Numbered from the stretch's first letter, positions 50,105 through 59,388 are shown. The stretch: 64,000 nt of DNA from Thermomonas sp. (GCF_041905325.1 NZ_JAYRLK010000002.1:295105-359104), one strand, 5' to 3'. Numbers and translations are program-made. Notes: generated by a model not told the origin, from the letters alone.

Positions 50105-51032
50105 GCCTGCCGGACCAAGCCCTCCGCCCGCCACGCCCCTGGTGGTGGCGATCACCGCGCGCGCGCTGTTCCTGATGGAGGACAGCCATGCGTTGTTCGA
50201 ACGCGAAGGCATCCAGGCCTTCGCCGATTACCAGCGGCAACGCGAGGATGACGTGTTGCCGCCCGGCATCGCCTTCCCGCTGGTGCGCAAGCTGCTGGCG
50301 CTGAATGCCGGCACGCCGGCCGATGCGCCGCGGGTGGAGGTGATCCTGCTGTCGCGCAATTCCTCCGATACGGGGCTGCGCGTGTTCAATTCCATCCAGC
50401 ACCACGGGCTGGACATCCGCCGCGCCACCTTCACCGCCGGTGCGCCGGTATGGCCTTACATCAAGCCGTTCGGCGCGCAGCTGTTCCTGTCCGCCAACCC
50501 GGAATCGGTGCGGGCGGCCCTGGCGGCCGGGGTGGCGGCGGCCACCATCCTGCCGGAAAAAGCCAGCGAGCCGCGCCAGCGCCAACTGCGCATCGCCTTC
50601 GATGGCGATGCGGTGATCTTCGGCGATGAAAGCGAGCGGGTATCCCGCGAGCAGGGGCTGGAGGCGTTCGGCCGGCATGAACGTGCGCGCGCCCATGACC
50701 CTCTGTCCGGCGGGCCGTTCCGTGGTTTCCTGTCGGCGTTGCACGGCTTGCAGGCGGCGTTTCCGCCGGGTGCGGATTCGCCGATCCGCACCGCGCTGGT
50801 CACCGCGCGCTCGGCCCCTGCGCACGAACGGGTGATCCGCACCCTGCGCGAGTGGGGCGTGCGGCTGGACGAGGCGCTGTTCCTGGGCGGGCGCGACAAG
50901 GGGCCGTTCCTGGAGGCCTTCGGCGCCGACATCTTCTTCGACGACTCCCCGCACAACATCGACTCCGCGCGCCGCCACGTCGCCGCCGGGCACGTCCCCC
51001 ATGGCGTGGCCAATGCCGGCGAGGCCAATTAG
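50091..51032 (+). CDS. 5'-nucleotidase, cN-IA-like HAD-fold family
   Basis: Start at ATG 50091 or 50097 (MHMIEPAG...), overlapping the EAL gene stop at 50102-50104. HAD-type motifs RIAFDGDAVIF (DxDxV), TALVTARS, and ADIFFDDSPHN. The family call is from memory of bacterial 5'-nucleotidase (PF06189-type) proteins. Confidence 0.7.
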   Translation: MHMIEPAGPSPPPATPLVVAITARALFLMEDSHALFEREGIQAFADYQRQREDDVLPPGIAFPLVRKLLALNAGTPADAPRVEVILLSRNSSDTGLRVFNSIQHHGLDIRRATFTAGAPVWPYIKPFGAQLFLSANPESVRAALAAGVAAATILPEKASEPRQRQLRIAFDGDAVIFGDESERVSREQGLEAFGRHERARAHDPLSGGPFRGFLSALHGLQAAFPPGADSPIRTALVTARSAPAHERVIRTLREWGVRLDEALFLGGRDKGPFLEAFGADIFFDDSPHNIDSARRHVAAGHVPHGVANAGEAN

Positions 51033-51089
51033 GGAAGTGCCGCGGCAACCAGGACTTCGACGCCCTGTCCTGGCGCAGCGCGGCGCACG

Positions 51090-51617
51090 TCAGTGCGCGG
51101 GCAGGCGCAGGCCGGTCAGCTTCCAGCCCAGCCCGCTGCGGCGGAACTCGAACACCACGGTGTCGCCGTCGGCATTGGGCACGCTGGCGGTGAACAGTGA
51201 CGCCGATTCGTAACGGGTCTCCGCATCCGCCAACGGGTCGTTGGGTGCGCCTTGTGGCAGCCCGGCGCGGCGGCCCAGCGAACTTCCGGTGAGCAGGGTG
51301 GCCACCCCCTGCGGGGATGCCATGGCATCCAGGGTGGGCTTGGCCAGCAGGTCGATCACATCCGCCATGCGCTTGCCGGACCCGATGCGGTTGGCGCTTG
51401 GCAGCACGCCACGGGCGATCTGCTCGCGGATCTGCGGGCGCAGGTTGTCGCGCAGTTGCGCGTAATCGACGAACCGCCAGAGCTCGCCGGTTTGCCCGCT
51501 GGCCACCAGGTGGCGGATGCCGTTGACCGCCAGCCAGGGGCCCGCGGCCACGTAGCCGGCCAAGGCCAGCAGCGACACGAGGACGAGGATGAGCAGCCGG
51601 CGCGATCGGGTTTTCAT
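51090..51617 (-). CDS. DUF2939-like membrane-anchored protein
   Basis: Trimmed from the 51090..52001 ORF to the ATG at 51617 (MKTRSRRLLILVLVSLLALAGYVAAGPW). 175 aa with a single N-terminal TM. The block WRFVDYAQLRDNLRPQIREQI resembles DUF2939 proteins. Confidence 0.6.
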   Translation of the reverse strand: MKTRSRRLLILVLVSLLALAGYVAAGPWLAVNGIRHLVASGQTGELWRFVDYAQLRDNLRPQIREQIARGVLPSANRIGSGKRMADVIDLLAKPTLDAMASPQGVATLLTGSSLGRRAGLPQGAPNDPLADAETRYESASLFTASVPNADGDTVVFEFRRSGLGWKLTGLRLPAH

Positions 51618-51720
51618 CCCGCCATCGTGCGCAAACGCGGACGCCCGGGCAAGCCCGGTCGTCGTGCCACCGCGGCCGCCGGCCCGGAAACCGGGCGTGC
51701 CGCATGCATGCCGAGGTGGC

Positions 51721-53166
51721 TCAGGCCAGCCCTGCGACCACGTCCTGCACCCAGGCATCGAGGTGGTCCAGCAGGGCAAGCTTGCCCGGATGGGCGGCGT
51801 GCTCGCTGCGCAGTTCCGCCACGCGGGCGTGGTACTGCGGCAGGTTGAGTTCGCCCAGCCCATCGTCGCCCAGCAGGCGCTGGCGGCGATACTCGTCCCA
51901 TTGCGCGCGTTCGGCGGGCAGCAGGCTGTCCGGCCAGTTGCGGGCGCGATAGCGCAGCAGCAGTCGCGACAGGCGTGGGTCGCGGAAGGCGAAGCTGGCA
52001 TTCGCCAGCAGCTGCGGCGGGGTGGTGCGCACCTGGGTCAGCAGGCGCTTGTCGCTGCCGTCGATGAAGCCGTCATACAGCGCGGCATCCGCATCCACGG
52101 TGGCGGGTGGGCGCGGGCGCGCATAGACCCGGCGCAGCTTTTCCGCCAGCGCCGGGCCGGCCGCGCGCAGGCGATCGGCACGCACCGTGGCCTTGCCGGC
52201 ATCGATCGAGAGCCGCGTGAAATCGGCTTCGCGCAGGTGTTCCCAGCGCACCAGCGCCGGGCATTTGTTGGTATGGATTTCCTTCAGCGGGATGCGGCTT
52301 TCGCCTTCCGGCAGCGCGTCCTGGCGCAGGTACAGGCGGGCGGCGATGGCATCGGCATCCAGTTCCAGCAGGGCATCCGGCTCGGCATCGAGGTCGAATG
52401 CGATGACCCGCGCCTCATACAGCGGATGCACGGCAAGCGGCAGCACCGGCGCGGCGCACAGCCGCGCGGCCGGATAGCGCTGGGAAATGTGCAGCAACGG
52501 GGTCATGTGCACCGTGTCCAGCAGGCTGGCGGCAAAACGCTTGTCGCGCAGGCGCAAGGCGTAGTCCCAGAGCTTCGGTTGCGCGTTCCGGAACAGTTGC
52601 CCCACGCCGATCAACGCGCGCACGTCCGACAACGCTTCGTGGGCATCGCCGATGCGCAGCCCATTGTCCTCGGCGAGGTGCTCCAGCTTGAAGCTGGTGC
52701 CCTTGCCGTCCTCGCGCTGTCGCCAGGCGATGCCCTCCGGGCGCAGCGCGTGCATCAGCCGCAGCGCATCGAGCAGGTCCCAGCGCGAATTGCCGTTGCG
52801 CCATTCGCGCTCGTAGGGGTCGTAGTAGTTGCGGTACAGCCCGTAGCGGATGAATTCGTCGTCGAAGCGCAGCGAGTTGTAGCCGGCGCTGCACGTGCCC
52901 GGGCGCGCCATTTCCTCGTGGATGCGGGCGAAGGCGGCTGCTTCGTTCACCCCGTCGCGCAGCGCGTCCTGCGGGGTGATGCCGGTGACCAGGGTGGCGT
53001 CGGGCGAGGGCAGCAGATCGTTGGCCGGCTGCACGAAGAAGCTGATCGGCGCATCCACCGGCTGCAACGCGGTGTCGGTGCGGATCGCGGCGAATTGGGC
53101 GATGCGGCTCTGGCGCGGGTTGCTGCCGAAGGTCTCGAGGTCGTAGAACAGGAAGGTGTCGGCCAT
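51721..53166 (-). CDS. sbcB: Exodeoxyribonuclease I
   Basis: 481 aa. MADTFLFYDLETFGSNPRQSRIAQFAAIRTD (DEDD Exo I motif), YNSLRFDDEFIR, and HEALSDV. Confidence 0.92.
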   Translation of the reverse strand: MADTFLFYDLETFGSNPRQSRIAQFAAIRTDTALQPVDAPISFFVQPANDLLPSPDATLVTGITPQDALRDGVNEAAAFARIHEEMARPGTCSAGYNSLRFDDEFIRYGLYRNYYDPYEREWRNGNSRWDLLDALRLMHALRPEGIAWRQREDGKGTSFKLEHLAEDNGLRIGDAHEALSDVRALIGVGQLFRNAQPKLWDYALRLRDKRFAASLLDTVHMTPLLHISQRYPAARLCAAPVLPLAVHPLYEARVIAFDLDAEPDALLELDADAIAARLYLRQDALPEGESRIPLKEIHTNKCPALVRWEHLREADFTRLSIDAGKATVRADRLRAAGPALAEKLRRVYARPRPPATVDADAALYDGFIDGSDKRLLTQVRTTPPQLLANASFAFRDPRLSRLLLRYRARNWPDSLLPAERAQWDEYRRQRLLGDDGLGELNLPQYHARVAELRSEHAAHPGKLALLDHLDAWVQDVVAGLA

Positions 53167-53203
53167 GCCGGCAGTGTAGTGCGGGCCGGCGTGGTGCGCG
53201 GCG

Positions 53204-53830
53204 TCAGTCGATGTAGGCGCGGGTGAGGGTGTTCAGGTGCAGGCGTTCGGCATCGCGCAGGAACGGGGCGATCAACATCATCACCTGCACGATGCCGGCG
53301 CGGATGGATGCCTGCTCGTCCTTGTCGCCACGCGCGGCGGCGTAGTTCATCCAGAAGGTGGCGATCACCAGCACGTTGGTGGCGGCGGCGTTGAGTTCGT
53401 CGGCCGATGCGCGCATCACCCCCGCCTGCACCAACCCGCGCATCACCGTGTGTGCCTGTTCGTCGGCGCGCTTGAGGATGCGCGCGAAGCGCAGGCGCAG
53501 GCGGCGGTTGCGACTGAGGATGTCCACCAGGTCGCGGTACAGGAAGCGGTAATCCCAGATGCACTCGAACACCAGGTGCAGCTGCAGCCAGACATCCTCC
53601 AGCCCGGGCAGCCGGCCCTCCGGCGCGGCCAGCGCGGCATCCATGCGCGCTTCGTAACCGGCGAACAACTGCTCGATGATGTCGTCCTTGTTGCGGAAGT
53701 GGTAATACAGGTTGCCCGGGCTGATTTCCAGCTCGTCGGCGATGTGGTTGGTGGTGACGTTCGGCTCGCCTTGCGCGTTGAACATCGACAGGGACGCATC
53801 GAGGATGCGCTGGCGGGTCTGCCTGGCCAT
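53204..53830 (-). CDS. TetR family transcriptional regulator
   Basis: Trimmed from the 53204..54136 ORF to the ATG at 53830 (MARQTRQRILDASLSMFNAQGEPNVTTNHIADELEISPGNLYYHFRNKDDII). 208 aa. Confidence 0.88.
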   Translation of the reverse strand: MARQTRQRILDASLSMFNAQGEPNVTTNHIADELEISPGNLYYHFRNKDDIIEQLFAGYEARMDAALAAPEGRLPGLEDVWLQLHLVFECIWDYRFLYRDLVDILSRNRRLRLRFARILKRADEQAHTVMRGLVQAGVMRASADELNAAATNVLVIATFWMNYAAARGDKDEQASIRAGIVQVMMLIAPFLRDAERLHLNTLTRAYID

Positions 53831-53841
53831 GCGCGGCGTCC

Positions 53842-54099
53842 TCAGGCGGTGAGCTTCTTCACCAGGTCCACGTACTTCCGCATCGCCTGGTCCTGCGCGG
53901 TGCCCTTCAACTTCGTCCATGCCTCGTACTTGGCGGTGCCGACGAAATCGAAGAACCCCGGCTTGGGGCCGCTGACGTCGCCTTCCGAACCCTGCTTGTA
54001 GAGCGCATAGAGGCGCAGCAGGGTGTCGTTGTCCGGGCGCTCCGTCAGCGCATGTACGTCTTTGGCGGCTTGCTCGAACAGGGCTTTCAGGTCGGCCAT
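53842..54099 (-). CDS. Acyl-CoA-binding protein (ACBP)
   Basis: 85 aa. [15 protein letters not shown] and [13 protein letters not shown] match the ACBP signature helices. Confidence 0.85.
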   Translation of the reverse strand: MADLKALFEQAAKDVHALTERPDNDTLLRLYALYKQGSEGDVSGPKPGFFDFVGTAKYEAWTKLKGTAQDQAMRKYVDLVKKLTA

Positions 54100-54247
54100 G
54101 GTGGGTCCCCCGGTGTGGTTGCGCCCATGACAACACGCGTCATCGCAGGGGTCAATACGGCGGGGAATTGTGGTGCGCGCGCGGCTCTGGCAACGTAGCG
54201 GGATGGCGGCGCATGATCGCGCCCATGGCCCCGAAGGAGATCGCGCA

Positions 54248-56236
54248 ATGAGCTATTTCATCACCGGCGGCACCGGCTTCATCGGCCGCTTCCTGATCGA
54301 CCACTTGCTCAAGCACAAGGGCACCATCCACGTGCTGGTGCGCAAGGGGTCGAAGAAGAAGTTCGATGCGCTGGTGCGTGATCGCGGCTGGGATCCCAAG
54401 CGCGTGCTGGCGGTGCAGGGCGACATGACCGCGCCTGCCTGCGGGGTGGCGCCCGCGCAGGTACGCGCATTGGCCGGCCATGTGAAGCACTTCTTCCATC
54501 TGGCCGCGGTCTACGACATGGCCGCCAGCGCCGAAAGCCAGCAGGCCGCCAACATCGGCGGCACCCGCCACGCCCTGGACCTCGCTGCCGCCATGAAGGC
54601 CGGCTGCTTCCATCACACCAGCTCGATCGCCGCCGCCGGCATGTACCCGGGCGTGTTCCGCGAGGACATGTTCGAGGAAGCCGAGGGGCTGGACGACCCC
54701 TACCTGCGCACCAAGCACGATTCGGAAGGACTGGTGCGCGCGGAGAAGCGCATCAAGTGGCGCATCTATCGCCCCGGCATGGTGGTGGGGCATTCGCAGA
54801 CCGGTGAAATCGACAAGATCGACGGGCCGTACTACTTCTTCACCCTGATCAAGAAGCTGCGGCAGACCTTGCCGCCGTGGATGCCGATGCTGGGCCTGGA
54901 AGGCGGGCGCATCAACATCGTGCCGGTGGATTTCGTGGCAGCGGCGATGGACCACATCGCCCACAAGCCGCGCCTGGACGGCCATTGTTTCCACCTGACC
55001 GACCCCGATCCGCTGCGTGCCGGCGAAGTCATCAACACGTTCGCCCGTGCCGGCCACGCGCCGGAGATGACCATGCGCATCGATGCGCGCATGTTCGCGT
55101 TCATCCCCGGCGGCGTGCGCATGGCGGTGGGCAGCCTGCCGCCGGTCAGGCGATTCGTGGGCATGCTGCTGCGTGATTTCCGCATTCCCAAGGGGGTGCT
55201 GAAGTTCATCGTCTATCCCACCCGCTTCGACAACCGTGAAACCGAGCGCGCGCTCAAGGGCAGCGGCATCACGGTGCCGAGGCTGGAGGACTACGCATGG
55301 CGGTTGTGGGATTACTGGGAGCGCCACCTCGACCCCGACCTGTTCATCGATCGCAGCCTGAAGGGCAAGGTGGGCGGCAAGGTGGTGGTGATCACCGGCG
55401 GTTCGTCGGGCATTGGCCTGGCCACCGCGCAGAAAGTGGCGGCGGCGGGTGCCACCACGGTGATCGTGGCGCGTGGCGAGGAGGAACTGTTCAAGGCCCG
55501 CGATGAAATGAAGGCCGGCGGCGGCAAGGTCTTCGCCTACACCGCCGACCTGGCCGACATGGCCGACTGCGACCGGCTGGTGGCGACGATCCTGAAGGAC
55601 CACGGCCACGTCGACATCCTGGTGAACAATGCCGGTCGCTCGATCCGCCGCTCCATCGAAGCCAGCTACGACCGTTTCCACGACTTCGAGCGGACCATGC
55701 AGCTGAATTACTTCGGCAGCATCCGCCTGATCATGGGCTTCATGCCCACGATGGTGCAGCGGCGCAAGGGCCACATCATCAACATCAGTTCGATCGGCGT
55801 GCTGGCCAACTCGCCGCGGTTCTCCGCCTACGTGGCCAGCAAGGCCGCACTGGATGCGTTCAGTCGCTGCGCGCAGGGCGAACTGTCGGGCAAGGGCATC
55901 AGCTTCACCACCATCAACATGCCGCTGGTGAAGACGCCGATGATCGCGCCCACCAAGATGTACGACAGCGTGCCCACGCTTTCCCCCGAGGAGGCGGCGG
56001 ACCTGGTGGTGAAGGGGATCATCGAACGGTCCAGCCGCATCGCCACCCGCCTGGGCATCTTCGCCGCGTTGGTCAATGCGGTGGCACCGAAGGCTTACGA
56101 AGTGGTGATGAGCACGGCGTTCGAGCTGTTCCCGGATTCGGCGGCGGCCAAGGGCGACAAGCAGGCGCTGCGCGAGGAAGCGCCGAGCCAGGAGCAGATC
56201 GCGTTCGCCTCGTTGATGCGCGGGGTGCACTGGTAG
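54248..56236 (+). CDS. Two-domain reductase: N-terminal NAD-binding fatty-acyl-CoA-reductase-like domain fused to a C-terminal classical SDR
   Basis: Trimmed from 54170 to the ATG at 54248 ([21 protein letters not shown]). The second Rossmann fold starts at [16 protein letters not shown] and carries the catalytic YVASKAAL (YxxxK). At 662 aa the size and architecture resemble Marinobacter-type fatty aldehyde/acyl-CoA reductases (from memory). Confidence 0.75.
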   Translation: MSYFITGGTGFIGRFLIDHLLKHKGTIHVLVRKGSKKKFDALVRDRGWDPKRVLAVQGDMTAPACGVAPAQVRALAGHVKHFFHLAAVYDMAASAESQQAANIGGTRHALDLAAAMKAGCFHHTSSIAAAGMYPGVFREDMFEEAEGLDDPYLRTKHDSEGLVRAEKRIKWRIYRPGMVVGHSQTGEIDKIDGPYYFFTLIKKLRQTLPPWMPMLGLEGGRINIVPVDFVAAAMDHIAHKPRLDGHCFHLTDPDPLRAGEVINTFARAGHAPEMTMRIDARMFAFIPGGVRMAVGSLPPVRRFVGMLLRDFRIPKGVLKFIVYPTRFDNRETERALKGSGITVPRLEDYAWRLWDYWERHLDPDLFIDRSLKGKVGGKVVVITGGSSGIGLATAQKVAAAGATTVIVARGEEELFKARDEMKAGGGKVFAYTADLADMADCDRLVATILKDHGHVDILVNNAGRSIRRSIEASYDRFHDFERTMQLNYFGSIRLIMGFMPTMVQRRKGHIINISSIGVLANSPRFSAYVASKAALDAFSRCAQGELSGKGISFTTINMPLVKTPMIAPTKMYDSVPTLSPEEAADLVVKGIIERSSRIATRLGIFAALVNAVAPKAYEVVMSTAFELFPDSAAAKGDKQALREEAPSQEQIAFASLMRGVHW

Positions 56237-56249
56237 GCCGCGTCCCCGG

Positions 56250-56281
56250 CCCTGCGCGCGCCGTGGCGGGCGCAGGGTTTC
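56250..56281 (+). terminator. Hairpin terminator candidate after the reductase gene
   Basis: ccctgcgc / gcgcaggg 8-bp stem with a 12-nt GC-rich loop, followed by tttc, in the 63-nt convergent spacer. Confidence 0.4.
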
Positions 56282-56299
56282 AATGCAGGGGGCGTTGCG

Positions 56300-57280
56300 T
56301 CAGTAAGTGCGGCATTGCTTGAAACGCACCGGCTTGGCGCTGCCGGCCGGTGGCTGCAATTGCACGCGCGAGGCGGCCAGCTCCGGGTAGCGTTCCAGCA
56401 GCGGGCACAGCTCGCTCATCGGGTCGGCTTCTTCGGTGCTGAGGTAGACCATCAGGGTGGACTGGGTGGACCACAGCGCGCGGCTGATGCCGAACAGGGT
56501 GGCGATGCTTTGCGCCACTTCCTTGCGGCGCTGGTCCAGCGCCTTCGGGTCGGTCGGTACACCGCCGGCATCCATGGCCGGGGTGGCGGGGGCTGCGGCG
56601 GGCTTGGCGGCGTGCGCGGCATTCAATACCGAGGGGGGCAGGTCCTGCTCGGCGGCGGCGTTCTGCGCGGTCAGTTGCATGCCTCCCCAGACCAGCAGGC
56701 CGACCGCGGCGGCACCGCCCCAGGCCCATGCCAGTGCTTTCGCTGCGGGGGCGGCAGGTCGCGTAGAGGGGGGCGGGGTGGCGGCTTCGTTGCGGGTGAC
56801 GTAGGGCCGCACTTCCGGCCACAACGCCTCGCCGTCGATCAGTTCGATGTCCTGTTCCTGTGCCAGCCGGATGGCTTCGTCGTCGAAGCGCCCGGGAGTG
56901 ATCACGATGGCACGCCCGGCCCCGCGCAGGGTGGCGGACTTGGCCAGCCCCAGCAGCGAGGTCGCGCCCACCACCGAGGCGCTGCCGTATTTGCAGGACA
57001 GCAGCGCACGCTCGCTGCCGCGTGCCAGCAGGATGTCGCTGCCATCGGTGGGGATGCCGTCGGCAGGCATGCCGTCTTCGATGACCGGGGCGTAGCCGCG
57101 GCCATGCATCGCTTGCAGCACCAGCCTGGCGAATTCGCGCCAGTGCAGCTTGGCCAGCAGTTCGGCGTTGCGCTCGCTGGTGGATGCCGGAGTTTGCCGG
57201 GCGTGTGCGTGACGCAGCCAATAGGTCAGCGCCAGGCCGACAAGGACGAAAACAAACAGGGCGATCAGGATGTGAGACAT
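56300..57280 (-). CDS. Membrane protein with a cytoplasmic Mrr-cat (restriction-endonuclease-fold) domain and a C-terminal periplasmic domain
   Basis: 326 aa. N-terminal TM (ILIALFVFVLVGLALTYWL). Mrr-cat-like block HWREFARLVLQAMHGRGYAPV...TDGSDILLARGSERALLSCKYGS...AIVITPGRFDDEAIRLAQEQDIELIDGEAL. Then a Pro/Ala linker, a second TM (ALAWAWGGAAAVGLLVWGG), and a roughly 120-aa tail with two Cys. Confidence 0.7.
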   Translation of the reverse strand: MSHILIALFVFVLVGLALTYWLRHAHARQTPASTSERNAELLAKLHWREFARLVLQAMHGRGYAPVIEDGMPADGIPTDGSDILLARGSERALLSCKYGSASVVGATSLLGLAKSATLRGAGRAIVITPGRFDDEAIRLAQEQDIELIDGEALWPEVRPYVTRNEAATPPPSTRPAAPAAKALAWAWGGAAAVGLLVWGGMQLTAQNAAAEQDLPPSVLNAAHAAKPAAAPATPAMDAGGVPTDPKALDQRRKEVAQSIATLFGISRALWSTQSTLMVYLSTEEADPMSELCPLLERYPELAASRVQLQPPAGSAKPVRFKQCRTY

Positions 57281-57440
57281 GCGGGGGACGGGCCGGAAAC
57301 GCGAGGTGCGTCACTATACCGGCAGATACGCGAACACATGCCATGGCAGGCCAGCGTGGCCTGCCGAATTGCCCACCAGCCCGGTGGGATCACGGAGGGA
57401 GGGAGCGTGAAATGCCCGGGCTGGTGGGGCTTGGGCGGGC

Positions 57441-58049
57441 TCAGGCGGCGTCGGGTGCGGCCGGGGCGGCGGCAGGCTTGGTGGCCTTGGCACGCGGCTT
57501 GGCCGGCTTGGCCGGCTTGGCCGGCTTGGCGGATGGCTTGGTGGCCGTGGCGGCGCGGCGCGTGCCTGCCGGCTTGGTCGCAGGTTTCGGAGCTGCGCCA
57601 TTGCCCTTGCGCAGGGCATCGGTCAGGCGCTCGACGCGCTCGGTCAATGCATTGAGGTCATCGCGGCCGGGGACGCCCAGCTTCACCAGGGCGCGCTGCA
57701 CGCGGTCCTCGAACACCTTCTCCAGCTTGTCCCAGGTATCGGCGGCACGCTCGCGGGCCTGGCCGACGTGGCCTTCCACCGCATCGCGCACCACGCCCGC
57801 GCGGCTGCCGGCGAACTTGCGCGCGGTCTGCTCCAGCGACAGGCCGTCGCGGACCAGGGTTTCGAACAGCTTGCTGCCTTCGGCTTGCGCGCGGTTGAAC
57901 GCCCCCATGCCGGCCAGCCAGATCTGCTGCGCCGACTCGGTCAGCGACTTCGTCGGATGTGCGGCGTGCGACTTGCGGGTGCCGGTGGACTTGGCCTTGC
58001 CGGTCTTGCCGGTGGCGGTCTTGGCGGCGGATTTCTTGAGCTTGGCCAT
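57441..58049 (-). CDS. Phasin / PHA granule-associated protein, PhaF-like with an AKP-repeat basic tail
   Basis: 202 aa. QQIWLAGMGAFNRAQAEGSKLFETLVRDG and GVPGRDDLNALTERVERL match PhaF/PhaI-type phasins. The C-terminus reads KPATKPAGTRRAATATKPSAKPAKPAKPAKPRAKATKPAAAPAAP. Confidence 0.85.
   Translation of the reverse strand: MAKLKKSAAKTATGKTGKAKSTGTRKSHAAHPTKSLTESAQQIWLAGMGAFNRAQAEGSKLFETLVRDGLSLEQTARKFAGSRAGVVRDAVEGHVGQARERAADTWDKLEKVFEDRVQRALVKLGVPGRDDLNALTERVERLTDALRKGNGAAPKPATKPAGTRRAATATKPSAKPAKPAKPAKPRAKATKPAAAPAAPDAA
57496..57531 (-). repeat. 9-bp tandem repeat (ggcttggcc x3 plus 1 imperfect copy) encoding (AKP)n in the phasin tail
   Basis: Copies counted at 57496, 57505 and 57514, with one imperfect copy at 57523. 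In frame on the minus strand. Confidence 0.9.
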
Positions 58050-58122
58050 GGTCGTGCTCCCGCGTCGTGGACGCTTTGCTAGATGAAAGTGGTGGTCAGG
58101 ATCGTGTGGGTGACTAGAGCAT

Positions 58123-59388
58123 TCACACCATGTCGCGCCGCTGCAGGCGGTGTTCGATGTCGTCGAGCGCGCGTTCCAGGCGGGCGGTGGCGGCGGTGCC
58201 GCGCCGGGCCGGCGGCAGGTGGGCGATGATCGAGCGCGGGCGGTCGGCGATCACGTCCTCGCGCAGGCGGATGCCGTGGCGTGCCAGCAGCGGTTCCAAC
58301 TGCCCGCGGCGTTCGCGCAGGTCGGTCAGGGTGTTGCGGTAGCCCAGTTGGCAGATGCGGCGGCGCGCGGAGTAGCTGAAGATGTTGGTGTAGAACAATT
58401 CGCGGTCTGCGGCGTTGGGTTCGAAGACCAATTGGTCGATCTGCGGGTATTGCTGGGGATAGCGCGCCAGCCCGACCTGCATGCGTGACTGCAGCATGGT
58501 GCGCAGGGTTTGCGACAGCACGCCGGGCAGCCCGCCCTGGGCAATGCGGCGATCACCGAAGCGATGCGCCTGCAAGTCATCGCCGGCATCGCTGCCGGGG
58601 TTGAACGGCACCAGCGGGTTGACCCCCAGCAACAGGTCGATGTCGCGTTCCAGCACGACCGATGCGTGCATGGTGCGGCGCAGGGCGCCATCGACGAAGT
58701 GCCGGGTTTGCCCGTTCCGGTCGGGCAGCTCCACCGGCGGATACAGCCCGGGCAGGGCGGCACTGGCCTGCACTGCGCGCGAGATCGGCACGTCGTCCCA
58801 GCCGGTGTCGCCGAAGCGCACCGCTTCGCCGCTGTCCAGGTCTACCGCGATCACGTACAGCGGCTGGTCCAGCTTGCGGAAGTCGTTGCTGCGGCCATTG
58901 CGGGTGAACACGTCGCGCAGGAAGTGTTCGATTTCGGCGTTGTCGAACAGCCCGGTGGGCACCAGGCTGCCGATCCGGTTGAGCAGGTCCGACCAGCCGG
59001 AGTCGCCGCGCCCCGAGGCCAGGTCGCGGGCCAGCCGCGTGGCCAGCCGCGGGATCGACGCGACGCGCCGCAGGTATTCGGCCAGCGCCGGGCGCAGGAA
59101 GACTTCCGGACGGAAGCGCACGTCATGGCTGTCGCCGGTGATGAAGATCCGGCACAGCTCGGCGGTATCCATGTGGTTGGCCAGCCCGGCGGCGAAAAAC
59201 GCGCCGGAGCTGACGCCCACGTAGCAATCCAGCCGGGTCAGGTCGAGCCCGTCGCACGCCTCGTCCAGTGCCCGCAGCGCGCCCAGTTCGTACATCGCGC
59301 CCACCGGCCCGCCGCCGGCCACGGCCAAGCCGATCCGGGCCGCGGCGGGGTGGGGTGGGGGGGTGCGGGCGGCGTGCAGTGACAACAT
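58123..59388 (-). CDS. Patatin-like phospholipase family protein
   Basis: Trimmed to the ATG at 59388 (MLSLHAARTPPP...). Oxyanion GGGPVGAMYELG, nucleophile elbow GVSSG (GxSxG), and the Asp of the dyad in FVDGAL. 421 aa. Confidence 0.85.
   Translation of the reverse strand: MLSLHAARTPPPHPAAARIGLAVAGGGPVGAMYELGALRALDEACDGLDLTRLDCYVGVSSGAFFAAGLANHMDTAELCRIFITGDSHDVRFRPEVFLRPALAEYLRRVASIPRLATRLARDLASGRGDSGWSDLLNRIGSLVPTGLFDNAEIEHFLRDVFTRNGRSNDFRKLDQPLYVIAVDLDSGEAVRFGDTGWDDVPISRAVQASAALPGLYPPVELPDRNGQTRHFVDGALRRTMHASVVLERDIDLLLGVNPLVPFNPGSDAGDDLQAHRFGDRRIAQGGLPGVLSQTLRTMLQSRMQVGLARYPQQYPQIDQLVFEPNAADRELFYTNIFSYSARRRICQLGYRNTLTDLRERRGQLEPLLARHGIRLREDVIADRPRSIIAHLPPARRGTAATARLERALDDIEHRLQRRDMV

Noticed and set aside
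54152-56230. 692-aa minus-strand ORF
   Set aside because: It is antisense to the two-domain reductase gene, which has two clear Rossmann motifs and a YxxxK.
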